In this document: in pieces, positions 9,205 through 17,460 of the stretch | Numbering within the stretch: the first letter of the stretch is position 1 | How the letters are laid out: each line of letters starts with the position of its first letter | Assembly: GCA_964449235.1 (NCBI GenBank) | Contig: CAYVAX010000001.1 | Coordinates: 20,814 to 84,813, forward strand | Source of the DNA: an uncultured Candidatus Saccharibacteria bacterium | Lineage (GTDB): Bacteria > Patescibacteriota > Minisyncoccia > RBG-13-40-8-A > JAUWHN01 | Length of the DNA: 64,000 nucleotides | Direction of reading: 5' to 3' | Notes under the pieces: model-generated | What the model saw: only the letters and a program-made list of their open reading frames with translations | What the model was told of the DNA's origin: nothing | Database searches by the model: none | Program-made: the position numbers and the translations under genes

Positions 9205-10168
9205 AAATATGAGCAAGAGAATAAGAACAATACTAATAATTGCTGATATTGGGTTAATTATTGTTTTTATTTGCCTGCTCTTTTTTTATTACCAACTCCA
9301 AGCTCCTTTAGATAAATCCGGAGAAGAAAAACCAATTATTATTGAAAGCGGAGAGGGATTAGAACAAATTGCTCATAAGCTAAAAACAAAACAAGTCATT
9401 AGAAGTGAATGGATATTTGTATACTATGCCTGGTTAAAAAATAAAGAAGATAAGCTGCAAGCAGGAAAATATATTTTAAGTTCTTCTATGAATATTCCTG
9501 AAATTGTCCGCAAAATAACTAGCGGGGAAATAGTTCAGGAGTGGGTTAAAGTAACTATTCCCGAGGGTTGGACCAATGAACAAATTAAACAACGCTTGGT
9601 GAGTCTGGAATTAATTTCTGCAAATACGGATATTCCTTTAAGCCTTCAGGGGTATCTTTTTCCAGACACTTATTATTTTGATAAAGATGTTTCTGCTGAT
9701 GAAATAATCTCGCGAATGAAAAACAACTTTAATAAAAAAATTGACCAACAATTAATTGAAGAAATAGAAAAGCAAGACAAAATACTTGAAGGTATTTTGA
9801 TTATGGCTTCACTTTTAGAAAGAGAGGTGAGAAGTTACGAGGATATGAAAATTGTTTCTGGTATTTTTTGGAAAAGACTAGAAAATAATTATCCCTTACA
9901 GTCTTGCGCTACCATTGCTTATATCCTAAAACAAGACAAGTGGAGATACAGCTATGAAGACACCCGCATTCAATCTCCGTATAATACGTATACAAACACA
10001 GGCCTGCCTCCAACTCCGATTAATAATCCCGGACTATTAGCAATTAAAGCTGCTGTTTATCCTCAACAAAGCGCATATAATTTCTTTCTTACTGATCCTG
10101 AAACTGGGCAAACCATTTTTTCTGAAACCTTAGAAGAGCATAATGCAAACAAGCAAAAATATTTCTAA
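9194..10168 (+). CDS. mltG: Endolytic murein transglycosylase MltG (YceG-like)
   Basis: N-terminal TM helix. YceG motifs: ...LLEREVRSYEDMKIVSGIFWKRLENNYPLQSCATIAYIL... and ...YNTYTNTGLPPTPINNPGLLAIKAAVYP... Confidence 0.8.
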   Translation: MKDKNMSKRIRTILIIADIGLIIVFICLLFFYYQLQAPLDKSGEEKPIIIESGEGLEQIAHKLKTKQVIRSEWIFVYYAWLKNKEDKLQAGKYILSSSMNIPEIVRKITSGEIVQEWVKVTIPEGWTNEQIKQRLVSLELISANTDIPLSLQGYLFPDTYYFDKDVSADEIISRMKNNFNKKIDQQLIEEIEKQDKILEGILIMASLLEREVRSYEDMKIVSGIFWKRLENNYPLQSCATIAYILKQDKWRYSYEDTRIQSPYNTYTNTGLPPTPINNPGLLAIKAAVYPQQSAYNFFLTDPETGQTIFSETLEEHNANKQKYF

Positions 10169-10172
10169 TTGT

Positions 10173-10201
10173 AATCTAAGGATTTGTGAAATCCTTAGAT
10201 T
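10173..10201 (+). terminator. 13-bp perfect hairpin (aatctaaggattt-gtg-aaatccttagatt) immediately after the mltG stop; terminator-like but lacks a U-tract
   Basis: Inverted repeat seen in sequence. Confidence 0.4.
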
Positions 10202-10452
10202 GATATTATCCACAGGGGTGGGATTTTTTATTCTTATTTTATATGGTAAAATTATGATAGAATCGTATAATGTTGGAGAATATAGCAACACAGTGAGAAA
10301 TTTATAAAATTTAACCGTTAAGAACGGTAGATTTAAATATTTATGTGGAATAATTTATTTATGTCAAGCATATATTTATTTAATAGAGACCCCGAAGCAA
10401 TCCCTGCGAAATGCTACGAGGTAAGGAGACCTCAGTGCCAGGGTAAAGCTCG

Positions 10453-10503
<51 letters not shown>

Positions 10504-10572
10504 AATTTCGCCAAAATTTTAATTTGGAGCCGATTTAACTTTGGTTAAGTTGGTTTTTTTATTATTTCAGCG

Positions 10573-11580
10573 ATGATTAATTTAAAGAAATTTTTAAGAA
10601 TTGGTTTTATATTTTTAATAATAGTGGCTTGGATTTATTCCGGCTGGCCGAGGATTTGGCAAGAACCATCAGTTCCGCCGAAAATTCAAGAAGTATGGGC
10701 AGACACTGCTTATTATGACCCAACTTCTGATGTTGCAACTGGATGGACCTGTAGCGGAACAGACTGCGGAACAGGTCATTACGCAGTTTTAGACGATGGT
10801 ATTAGACAATCTAATACGCCAAGCACAAGCGATGATTATATTAGTCAAGATTCTAACGACGGATATACCGATGAACATTCAGTAAGCTCGGTTAGCGAAA
10901 GCAATATTAATTATATTACTCTCTGGGTATATGTTTCTACGGGCAGCGATCATCAAATGAACATAAGTTTTCAAAACGATGGTTCGGAAGTTGCGTCAAA
11001 AACAGTAAATCCAGGCACTGCTGAGTCTTGGGTGTATGCTACCTGGGACAGTCCTTCAAGTATCGGGACTTTAACAGCAGAATTTACTAGCACAAAAAAC
11101 GGAGCAGGTCAACCGCAACAGGGATATGTCTATGCTTGGTATATTGAAGTAGATTATACTGCTGCGGCAAATGTTTCTGTATCTGTTTCTGACGGCATCG
11201 TTGCTTATGGCACAATGGCAGAAAATACATCAAAAAGCACTTTGGATTTAACTGATACGCAAACAGCTACCAATGATGGGGATGTAACTGAAGATTTTAA
11301 TATTAAGGGCCAGGATGCTACTGGAGGAGGATGCACTTGGACTTTGGCTTCAACCAACGGCTCTGATCAGTATGTTCACGAATTTTGCAATGACACTGAT
11401 TTAGATTGTTCATCTCCACCGACAAATTATACTGCCTTAACCACTTCTTATCAGGTATTAGATACGGGGATTGCGGCAAGCGGCACAGTTGATTTTCAGC
11501 TGTACCTTACCACGCCCAATCCATCAAGTTGTTATGGTGAGCAGTCAGTTGATGTTACTGTCCAAGCGGTTCAACAATAA
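10573..11580 (+). CDS. Secreted/surface Thr-Ser-Asp-rich protein, paralog A (signal anchor MINLKKFLRIGFIFLIIVAWIYSGW)
   Basis: 335 aa. The C-terminal ~150 aa align with the whole of the next gene product (shared ...VSVSVSDG.V.YGT.....T.DL.DTQTATNDG.VTEDFNI.GQ...G..WTLA.T.GSDQYVH.F......T.ALTTS.....G.A..GT.DF.L...TP.S..Y.EQS.DVTVQAV). Confidence 0.6.
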   Translation: MINLKKFLRIGFIFLIIVAWIYSGWPRIWQEPSVPPKIQEVWADTAYYDPTSDVATGWTCSGTDCGTGHYAVLDDGIRQSNTPSTSDDYISQDSNDGYTDEHSVSSVSESNINYITLWVYVSTGSDHQMNISFQNDGSEVASKTVNPGTAESWVYATWDSPSSIGTLTAEFTSTKNGAGQPQQGYVYAWYIEVDYTAAANVSVSVSDGIVAYGTMAENTSKSTLDLTDTQTATNDGDVTEDFNIKGQDATGGGCTWTLASTNGSDQYVHEFCNDTDLDCSSPPTNYTALTTSYQVLDTGIAASGTVDFQLYLTTPNPSSCYGEQSVDVTVQAVQQ

Positions 11581-11668
11581 AAAACGACGATTGGAAACTT
11601 CTTTGGTAAAAAGATAAAAATTAAAGGTCGAGCCAAAGGTTAAAAATTAAATTAACAAATTAAATTAA

Positions 11669-12181
11669 ATGTTTATGAAAAAATTATTTGCGACAATCGG
11701 CATTCTAACAATGATTGGGATGGTTGTTGCCGTAGGTGTAGGCGCGGCAGATGAAGCAACAGTTACAGCAACGGTAACGGTGCAGAACATTTCTGTTTCT
11801 GTTTCTGACGGAACCGTGCCGTATGGAACATTAGGACTAGATTCAACAGAAAATACTTGTGATTTGCCTGATACTCAAACTGCTACTAATGATGGTAATG
11901 TTACTGAAGATTTTAACATTAGAGGGCAAAATTCTACTGATGGTTGGACATTGGCTGCTACCGCAGGAAGCGATCAATATGTTCATAACTTTTTTGCTTC
12001 TAGTGACAGCTGTGGCGACGGAACCGGAACGGCTCTAACTACCAGCTCTACAGAACTAACTTCAGGTGTAGCAGTAGATGGCACTTATGATTTTGACCTG
12101 GAAGTTAATACCCCCACTTCTACAAGTTCTTACGACGAGCAATCAATTGATGTGACAGTTCAAGCGGTTGCCAGCAGCTAA
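11669..12181 (+). CDS. Secreted Thr-Ser-Asp-rich protein, paralog B (cleavable signal peptide ...AVGVGAADEA)
   Basis: 170 aa. Paralogous to the C-terminal half of the upstream gene, with a conserved W-T-L tripeptide and a conserved C-terminal DVTVQAV. Confidence 0.6.
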   Translation: MFMKKLFATIGILTMIGMVVAVGVGAADEATVTATVTVQNISVSVSDGTVPYGTLGLDSTENTCDLPDTQTATNDGNVTEDFNIRGQNSTDGWTLAATAGSDQYVHNFFASSDSCGDGTGTALTTSSTELTSGVAVDGTYDFDLEVNTPTSTSSYDEQSIDVTVQAVASS

Positions 12182-12224
12182 TTTGAGAAAGGTTGAATAA
12201 TTGATTAATTTATTTTAAGGGTTT

Positions 12225-12839
12225 ATGAAAAAAGCCATAGTTGTAATTTTATTTGTGGCGCTATTTTTGCCCATTTTGGCATTTGCCAGAATCGGAGTTG
12301 GCGTTGGCACAGGGAAAATAGTGGTTGACCAACCGTTAAAACCCGGTCTTATTTACACCTTGCCGTCTTTATCGGTTTTAAACACAGGCGACGAGCCGGG
12401 AGAATACGAAGCTTCTATTGAATATCACGAAGGCCAGGAAACAAGAGATGATATGGGTTTGAAGCCGGCAAAAGAATGGTTTAGTTTTGAACCGGCTAAT
12501 TTCCATTTGGAACCGGGCCAATCCCAGCAAGTCCAAATTAAATTGTCTTTGCCGATTAAGGGCGTAAAGCCCGGAACTTATTTTGCCTACCTTGAGGGAC
12601 ACCCGGTTCAAAAAGATGTGACAGGCCAAACAAGAATTGGCGTGGCGGCCGCGGCAAAACTTTATTTTACTGTTGCGCCGGCTAATATCTTTCAGGGAAT
12701 TTATTATCGGTTTATCAGTTTGTATTCCCGTTATCATCCCTGGGACACTATAGTTCTGGTGTTTATTTTACTTGCCATTGCGTTTCGGTTTGTCAGCAAG
12801 CGCTTCAAATTTCAGATTGCGAAAAAATCCCGGCAGTAG
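12225..12839 (+). CDS. Surface protein: signal peptide + beta-sandwich-like ectodomain + C-terminal TM anchor
   Basis: 204 aa. N-terminal MKKAIVVILFVALFLPILAFA; ...VLNTGDEPGEYEASIEYHEGQ...; C-terminal hydrophobic helix TIVLVFILLAIAF, then a basic tail RFVSKRFKFQIAKKSRQ. Confidence 0.55.
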   Translation: MKKAIVVILFVALFLPILAFARIGVGVGTGKIVVDQPLKPGLIYTLPSLSVLNTGDEPGEYEASIEYHEGQETRDDMGLKPAKEWFSFEPANFHLEPGQSQQVQIKLSLPIKGVKPGTYFAYLEGHPVQKDVTGQTRIGVAAAAKLYFTVAPANIFQGIYYRFISLYSRYHPWDTIVLVFILLAIAFRFVSKRFKFQIAKKSRQ

Positions 12840-12886
12840 AACGCTATCACGTTCACTGCGCGGCAAGTAGATTTTTATTAGAATGA

Positions 12887-13888
12887 ATGAAACAAGAAAT
12901 TTATATAACAGCAATAATTTTTGTTGTATTTTCCGCAATTATAGGGGGAGGATTTTTAAGTTTTTCGCCAGCTGTTGCAGAAGAATCAACTACTGTTGAA
13001 GCGACCGCTAAAATTTCGATTTGCGGAAATGATGTTGCAGAAGGCGGGGAACACTGCGACAATGAGGATCTAAAAGGAAAAGCTTGCTCAGATTTAGGGT
13101 TTAGCAGTGGAGATTTGTCCTGTTCCGGTTCCTGCGAATTTATAACTTCTGCCTGCACCACAAGCGCAGAAGCAACAGATGAAACCGACTTTACTTCTTC
13201 TTCTGGCGGCGAAACCACTATTACCAATAACAGCAATCAAATAAAAATTACGCTGTCGGAAAATTTTTATACTGCCGATGTAAGATTACATGGTTTTTCC
13301 TACGCAAATAATTATTTTTCTTCCAGCAAGCCCGCTCTTTCAGGTAAAAGTTTCATCGGCAAAACCTATGACCTTGTTTTTATAGACACAAGCGCGAATG
13401 CGCTCTCAACGCTTTCTCAGTCGGCCACTCTTGTTTTAACATACACTGACGCAAATGTAAGCGGAATAAACGAAAGCTCTTTGGCGCCGTATCAATGGGG
13501 AAGCAGTGATTCATCGTGGCAATTGATTTCCGGAGCAACGGTTAATACAACAGACAACACAGTTACTTTTTCCACTGCTCAATTCAGCTCTTTTGCGCTT
13601 TTTGGAGAAGAAGAAGAGGAGGAAGAAGAGGAATCGTCTGGAGGAGGAGGAGGCGGAGGAAGCATTTCAAGAAGGACTCCTGAAATAGTTCCCAAACCCA
13701 AACCAAAGCCCGAGTCCAAGCCAAGTCCGGATTTTAATAAGGATAGCAAGGTGAATATCGTTGATTTAAGCATTATGCTTTATTGGTTTGGGAAAACAGG
13801 GCCGGAGATTATCCTTTATGACTTGCGCCAGGACAATAAAATAGACATTGCCGATGTTTCCATTCTTTTTTATTACTGGAAGGACTAA
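12887..13888 (+). CDS. Secreted modular protein: signal anchor, Cys-rich repeat (ICGNDVAEGGEHCDNED...C...C), beta-rich domain, poly-E/poly-G/(PK)n linker, C-terminal dockerin-like module
   Basis: C-terminus DFNKDSKVNIVDLSIMLYWFG...DLRQDNKIDIADVSILFYYW: two Ca-loop-plus-helix repeats, ~31 residues apart, with D1/N3/D5/D12 spacing. The linker is EEEEEEEEESSGGGGGGGS...PKPKPKPESKPSP. Confidence 0.6.
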   Translation: MKQEIYITAIIFVVFSAIIGGGFLSFSPAVAEESTTVEATAKISICGNDVAEGGEHCDNEDLKGKACSDLGFSSGDLSCSGSCEFITSACTTSAEATDETDFTSSSGGETTITNNSNQIKITLSENFYTADVRLHGFSYANNYFSSSKPALSGKSFIGKTYDLVFIDTSANALSTLSQSATLVLTYTDANVSGINESSLAPYQWGSSDSSWQLISGATVNTTDNTVTFSTAQFSSFALFGEEEEEEEEESSGGGGGGGSISRRTPEIVPKPKPKPESKPSPDFNKDSKVNIVDLSIMLYWFGKTGPEIILYDLRQDNKIDIADVSILFYYWKD

Positions 13889-13915
13889 TGAAATTTTTAA
13901 TGTTCAATTTTTAAT

Positions 13916-16729
13916 ATGCCAATAGCGTTATCTAAAAAATTAATTGCTTTAACACTTTTATTTTTTTCTGTTTTTATAACTTTATTGCCTGTTTGCGCGC
14001 AGGCAAGTGCTGTTTCCGTGGATATTAATTTAAGCGCAAATAATGTCGCGGCGGGATCAGAAGTGGAAGTAAGAATATTAATGACATCTCGCGAACCAGC
14101 AAACGCTTTTGATGTTACTTTGAAATATTCGCCAGAGATTTTTGAGCTTAGCCGGGCTTCAACCCAGCGTTCTATTGTTTCTTTTTGGAAATCTCTTCCC
14201 TTGGAAGATAAGGAGGGAGTGATACGATTTATTGGCGGAATGATTGAGCCGTTTTCAGGCAAAAACGGCGAGATTATAACCTTAGTTTTTAGGACTCGCG
14301 ATTTTGGTTCTGCTGATTTTGCAATTAAAAAAGCGGATTTTGCTTTAGCTGACGGTAAAGGTACGCTTGTTCGGGCAGGAGAAGCACGTTCTGGCGTTAT
14401 TGTTGCAGAAAGAGGTCAGCTAGCAAGCTCGGATCTTAAACCGTCTGCTCCGCAAATTTCTGAAGCAATAGTAACTAAGGACTCTGCCACCAGTAATCCA
14501 ATTATTTTAATAAAAACCCTAGATGACGGCGGAGTGAAAGAAATACTTGTGCGCAGCCGTTCATGGTTCTTATGGAGCGATTGGCAAAAAGCGCAATTGA
14601 CAGCCTCGATTCCAAAATACGCCTGGGCAATTCAACTTAAAGCATTTAACTGGGAAGGCAAGGAAGCCGAAACTATTGTATATCGCTGGCACATTATGGC
14701 ATTGAAATTTTTAGCAATTCTCGCTGCTTTAGCTGTTTTATGGTATATAGTACGGCGATTCGCAAAGAAGCGTGTTGTAATTGCGTTGGCAATTATTTTG
14801 GCGGGAATTGCGTTTTCAGGAACCGCCAACGCGGCTGTTATTTCCTTAAGTCCGGCAAGCGGAACTTTTCATGTTGGAGGCACTTTTGAAGCGCAAATCC
14901 TGCTTGACACTGAAGGCGAGAGCGTAAACGCTTTGGATATGCATTTGCTTTTTCCGCCGGATAAACTTCAGGTTGTTTCTTCTGGTGCTGGAAAATCCAT
15001 TGTAGATATTTGGACTAGCACTCCGAGATTTGACAATCAGCAGGGGAAAATATCTCTATCAGGAGGAATACCAAATGGTACTTTAGTGAATAAAGGGCTG
15101 ATTGCAACAATTGTTTTTCGAGTGAGGCAAGTTGGAAGCGCAGCAGTACGTTTTAGTGATGATACTCGCATTCTTTTGAACGACGGCAAAGGCACAGATA
15201 CTCTGCGGAAAACTCAAGGCGCTGTATATCAGATTGTTCTTCCAGCTCCGGCAGGGCCGATTGTGGCTTCTGAAACTCATCCCGACCAAACGCAATGGCA
15301 TGCTGTTTCAGATGTTATTTTGCGCTGGACAGCGCTATCCGCGGTTGGCGGCTACAGTTACATATTGGATAATTCTCCTATGACTGTTCCTGATAATATA
15401 GTGGATTCCACGAAAGATTCCGTCTTTTATAAAGATTTGTCATCAGGCACGCATTATTTTCATATTAAAGCCCAAAATTCCGACAATGCATGGGGTGGCA
15501 TAACTCATTTTGCAATAAATATTGACATTAATCCTCCCGCTAAATTTCCAATAGAAGTCCAGACCAGCCAACGCACCACTAGCCGGAACGTGGTATTTTC
15601 TTTTTCAACCACTGATGCTCATTCCGGCATTGATAAATATGAATATCAAATTATTCCTTTGCAACCCGCAAGCGTTGAACAGGGTTCTTTTTTCTTTGTA
15701 GAAACGCAGAGTCCTCAGGCGATGAATTTAGATATCGGAACATACGATATTATTGTAAGGGCGTACGACAAAACAGGCAATTTTCAAGAAAGCCAGGCAA
15801 GAGTACGAATAATGACGCCATTTGTATTTTGGGCTACTAACAAATATCTTTTAGGGGGTTTGCTTCTGCTTGTGATTTTATTTGCTGTTATAGCTCGGAG
15901 AATTTATGTTCGTCACCGCGAAATTGAGAAAAAACGAGACCAAAAAGAAATGCCCGATTCAGTGCAAAAAAAACTTAAGGATCTTGATAAATATCAGAAG
16001 AAATACGGTGCTTTGGTTCTTTTAATTTTAATTTTATTTGGGTCTTTATTGTTTGTGCCACAGGTCAGTGCGCAATCTTCGGAACTTGCTCCGCCAATTA
16101 TCACCACAGCGCCGCAACATATTTCCAATGAAGAAATTTTTTACCTCGGAGGCACAGCAGGTCTACCAAATGCAAAAATCATTATTTATATACAGAACTT
16201 GAGCACTGGCGAGATATTCAGTTATTCGGAGACTGCCGGAGAGAAAGGAGAATGGTTTTATCGTCACCCCTCGTTCCTTTCCGAAGGGAAATATATGATT
16301 TGGGTTCAATCCATGCTGGGAGATATGGTTAGTCCGCCAAGCCCTCAAATTAATGTTAGGGTTGTTTCGACAGCCATTCAATTTGGGGCCTCACGGTTGA
16401 GCTATGAAATGTTTTATTTACTGTGCGCCTTGATTCTGCTGGTAGCGCTTCTGGGTCTTTTAGCGTTTATTGTATTTCATGCCAAAAGCGGTCGGAAAAA
16501 ACGCAAAATGTTAATGAAAGAAATTCGTGAGGCCGAAAGAGCAGTGAAATCAGGATTTGATAAACTTAGGCATGATATTAAGGTTGAGCTAGCAGTAATC
16601 AAAAGAGCCAAGCTAAGCAAGGAGTTGTCCCGCGAGGAAGAAAAGAAAGAAAAACATCTACTTAAAGACCTGAAAGCAATTGAGCGCCATATTAGCAAAG
16701 AGGTGGAAGATGTGGAGAGAGCTGCTTGA
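13916..16729 (+). CDS. 937-aa polytopic surface scaffold with two cohesin-like modules, further Ig/Fn-like ectodomains, and a C-terminal cytoplasmic coiled coil
   Basis: Signal peptide ...LLPVCAQASA. Module 1: VSVDINLSANNVAAGSEVEVRILMTS...AFDVTLKYSPEIFEL...GVIRFIGGMIEPFSGKNGEIITLVFRTRDFGSADFAIKKADFALADGKGT. Module 2: ...ISLSPASGTFHVGGTFEAQILLDTEGESVNALDMHLLFPPDKLQVV...GKISLSGGIPNGTLVNKGLIATIVFRVRQVGSAAVRFSDDTRILLNDGKGT. There are six hydrophobic helices in total, three of them followed by AxA-like sites. Confidence 0.6.
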   Translation: MPIALSKKLIALTLLFFSVFITLLPVCAQASAVSVDINLSANNVAAGSEVEVRILMTSREPANAFDVTLKYSPEIFELSRASTQRSIVSFWKSLPLEDKEGVIRFIGGMIEPFSGKNGEIITLVFRTRDFGSADFAIKKADFALADGKGTLVRAGEARSGVIVAERGQLASSDLKPSAPQISEAIVTKDSATSNPIILIKTLDDGGVKEILVRSRSWFLWSDWQKAQLTASIPKYAWAIQLKAFNWEGKEAETIVYRWHIMALKFLAILAALAVLWYIVRRFAKKRVVIALAIILAGIAFSGTANAAVISLSPASGTFHVGGTFEAQILLDTEGESVNALDMHLLFPPDKLQVVSSGAGKSIVDIWTSTPRFDNQQGKISLSGGIPNGTLVNKGLIATIVFRVRQVGSAAVRFSDDTRILLNDGKGTDTLRKTQGAVYQIVLPAPAGPIVASETHPDQTQWHAVSDVILRWTALSAVGGYSYILDNSPMTVPDNIVDSTKDSVFYKDLSSGTHYFHIKAQNSDNAWGGITHFAINIDINPPAKFPIEVQTSQRTTSRNVVFSFSTTDAHSGIDKYEYQIIPLQPASVEQGSFFFVETQSPQAMNLDIGTYDIIVRAYDKTGNFQESQARVRIMTPFVFWATNKYLLGGLLLLVILFAVIARRIYVRHREIEKKRDQKEMPDSVQKKLKDLDKYQKKYGALVLLILILFGSLLFVPQVSAQSSELAPPIITTAPQHISNEEIFYLGGTAGLPNAKIIIYIQNLSTGEIFSYSETAGEKGEWFYRHPSFLSEGKYMIWVQSMLGDMVSPPSPQINVRVVSTAIQFGASRLSYEMFYLLCALILLVALLGLLAFIVFHAKSGRKKRKMLMKEIREAERAVKSGFDKLRHDIKVELAVIKRAKLSKELSREEEKKEKHLLKDLKAIERHISKEVEDVERAA

Positions 16730-16842
16730 CAAGATTTTATATAATGTTAAACTGATAACAGTCGTAGACAGTGGGCAATTTTTTGCATAAGTCCCGCCGA
16801 GACAATAATTAATTTTAGATTCTAATTTTTAGACTCTAATTC

Positions 16843-16868
16843 GTCTGCGACTATGCAGACATTTTTTT
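16843..16868 (+). promoter_or_regulatory. Hairpin (gtctgc-gactat-gcagac) plus T7 tract directly abutting the rplJ start codon; candidate rplJ leader attenuator/regulatory structure
   Basis: Seen in sequence. There is no SD between the structure and the ATG. Confidence 0.3.
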
Positions 16869-17381
16869 ATGCTAAACAAACAACAAAAAAAACAATTAGT
16901 AGAAGAACTATCTGATAAACTCAAACGTCAAAATATTTTGATTTTTACTGATTTTAGGGGATTAAAGGTGGATGAGATGCAAGAACTGAGAGAAAAGCTC
17001 AGGGAAGCGGATGGTGAGTATAAGGTGGCCAGAAAAACATTAATAAAGTTGGCTCTAGAAAAAGCAGACAAGGAAATGGATATGAATCAGTTTGAAGCTT
17101 CTCTAGCTTTGACTTTTGGTTTTTCAGACCCGATTATTCCTACTAAAATCATCAGTAAATTTTCCAAAGAGCATAAAGAGTTAGGCGTTTTAGGAGGAAT
17201 GATGGATGACAAGGTTTTAAGCGCAGAAGAAATTAAAGAACTGGCCAAGATTCCTTCTCAGGAAGAATTATTAGCAAAATTAGTAGGCAGCATTAAATCT
17301 CCAATCAGTGGATTTGTTAATGTCTTAAAGGGTAATATTAGAAACTTAATTGGTGTATTAAGCGCAATAGATAATAAATAA
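16869..17381 (+). CDS. rplJ: 50S ribosomal protein L10
   Basis: 170 aa. MLNKQQKKQLVEELSDKLKRQNILIFTDFRGLKVDEMQELREKLREADGEYKVARKTL... is typical of L10. Confidence 0.85.
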   Translation: MLNKQQKKQLVEELSDKLKRQNILIFTDFRGLKVDEMQELREKLREADGEYKVARKTLIKLALEKADKEMDMNQFEASLALTFGFSDPIIPTKIISKFSKEHKELGVLGGMMDDKVLSAEEIKELAKIPSQEELLAKLVGSIKSPISGFVNVLKGNIRNLIGVLSAIDNK

Positions 17382-17460
17382 GCAACTTCTTAATTTTGGG
17401 ATTTGTCAGCTTCATTTAATAACGGGCTGACAAGCTAATTCTTAAGAAGTTAATATAAAA

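Noticed and set aside
12901-14262. Antisense ORFs 12901-13236, 13579-13773 (poly-Pro/Ser), 13897-14262 within the dockerin and cohesin genes
   Set aside because: Low-complexity mirror images of the sense-strand E/G/PK linkers. No support.
16727-16750. TTGACA hexamer at the end of the cohesin-scaffold gene as a promoter for rplJ
   Set aside because: The only TATAAT-like hexamer is 8 nt downstream (spacer far too short), so it is not a convincing promoter.
17403-17433. Hairpin between rplJ and rplL (ttgtcagc-15-nt loop-gctgacaa) as a terminator
   Set aside because: Large loop, no U-tract, and rplJ-rplL are normally co-transcribed. At most a processing or attenuation element. Not called.
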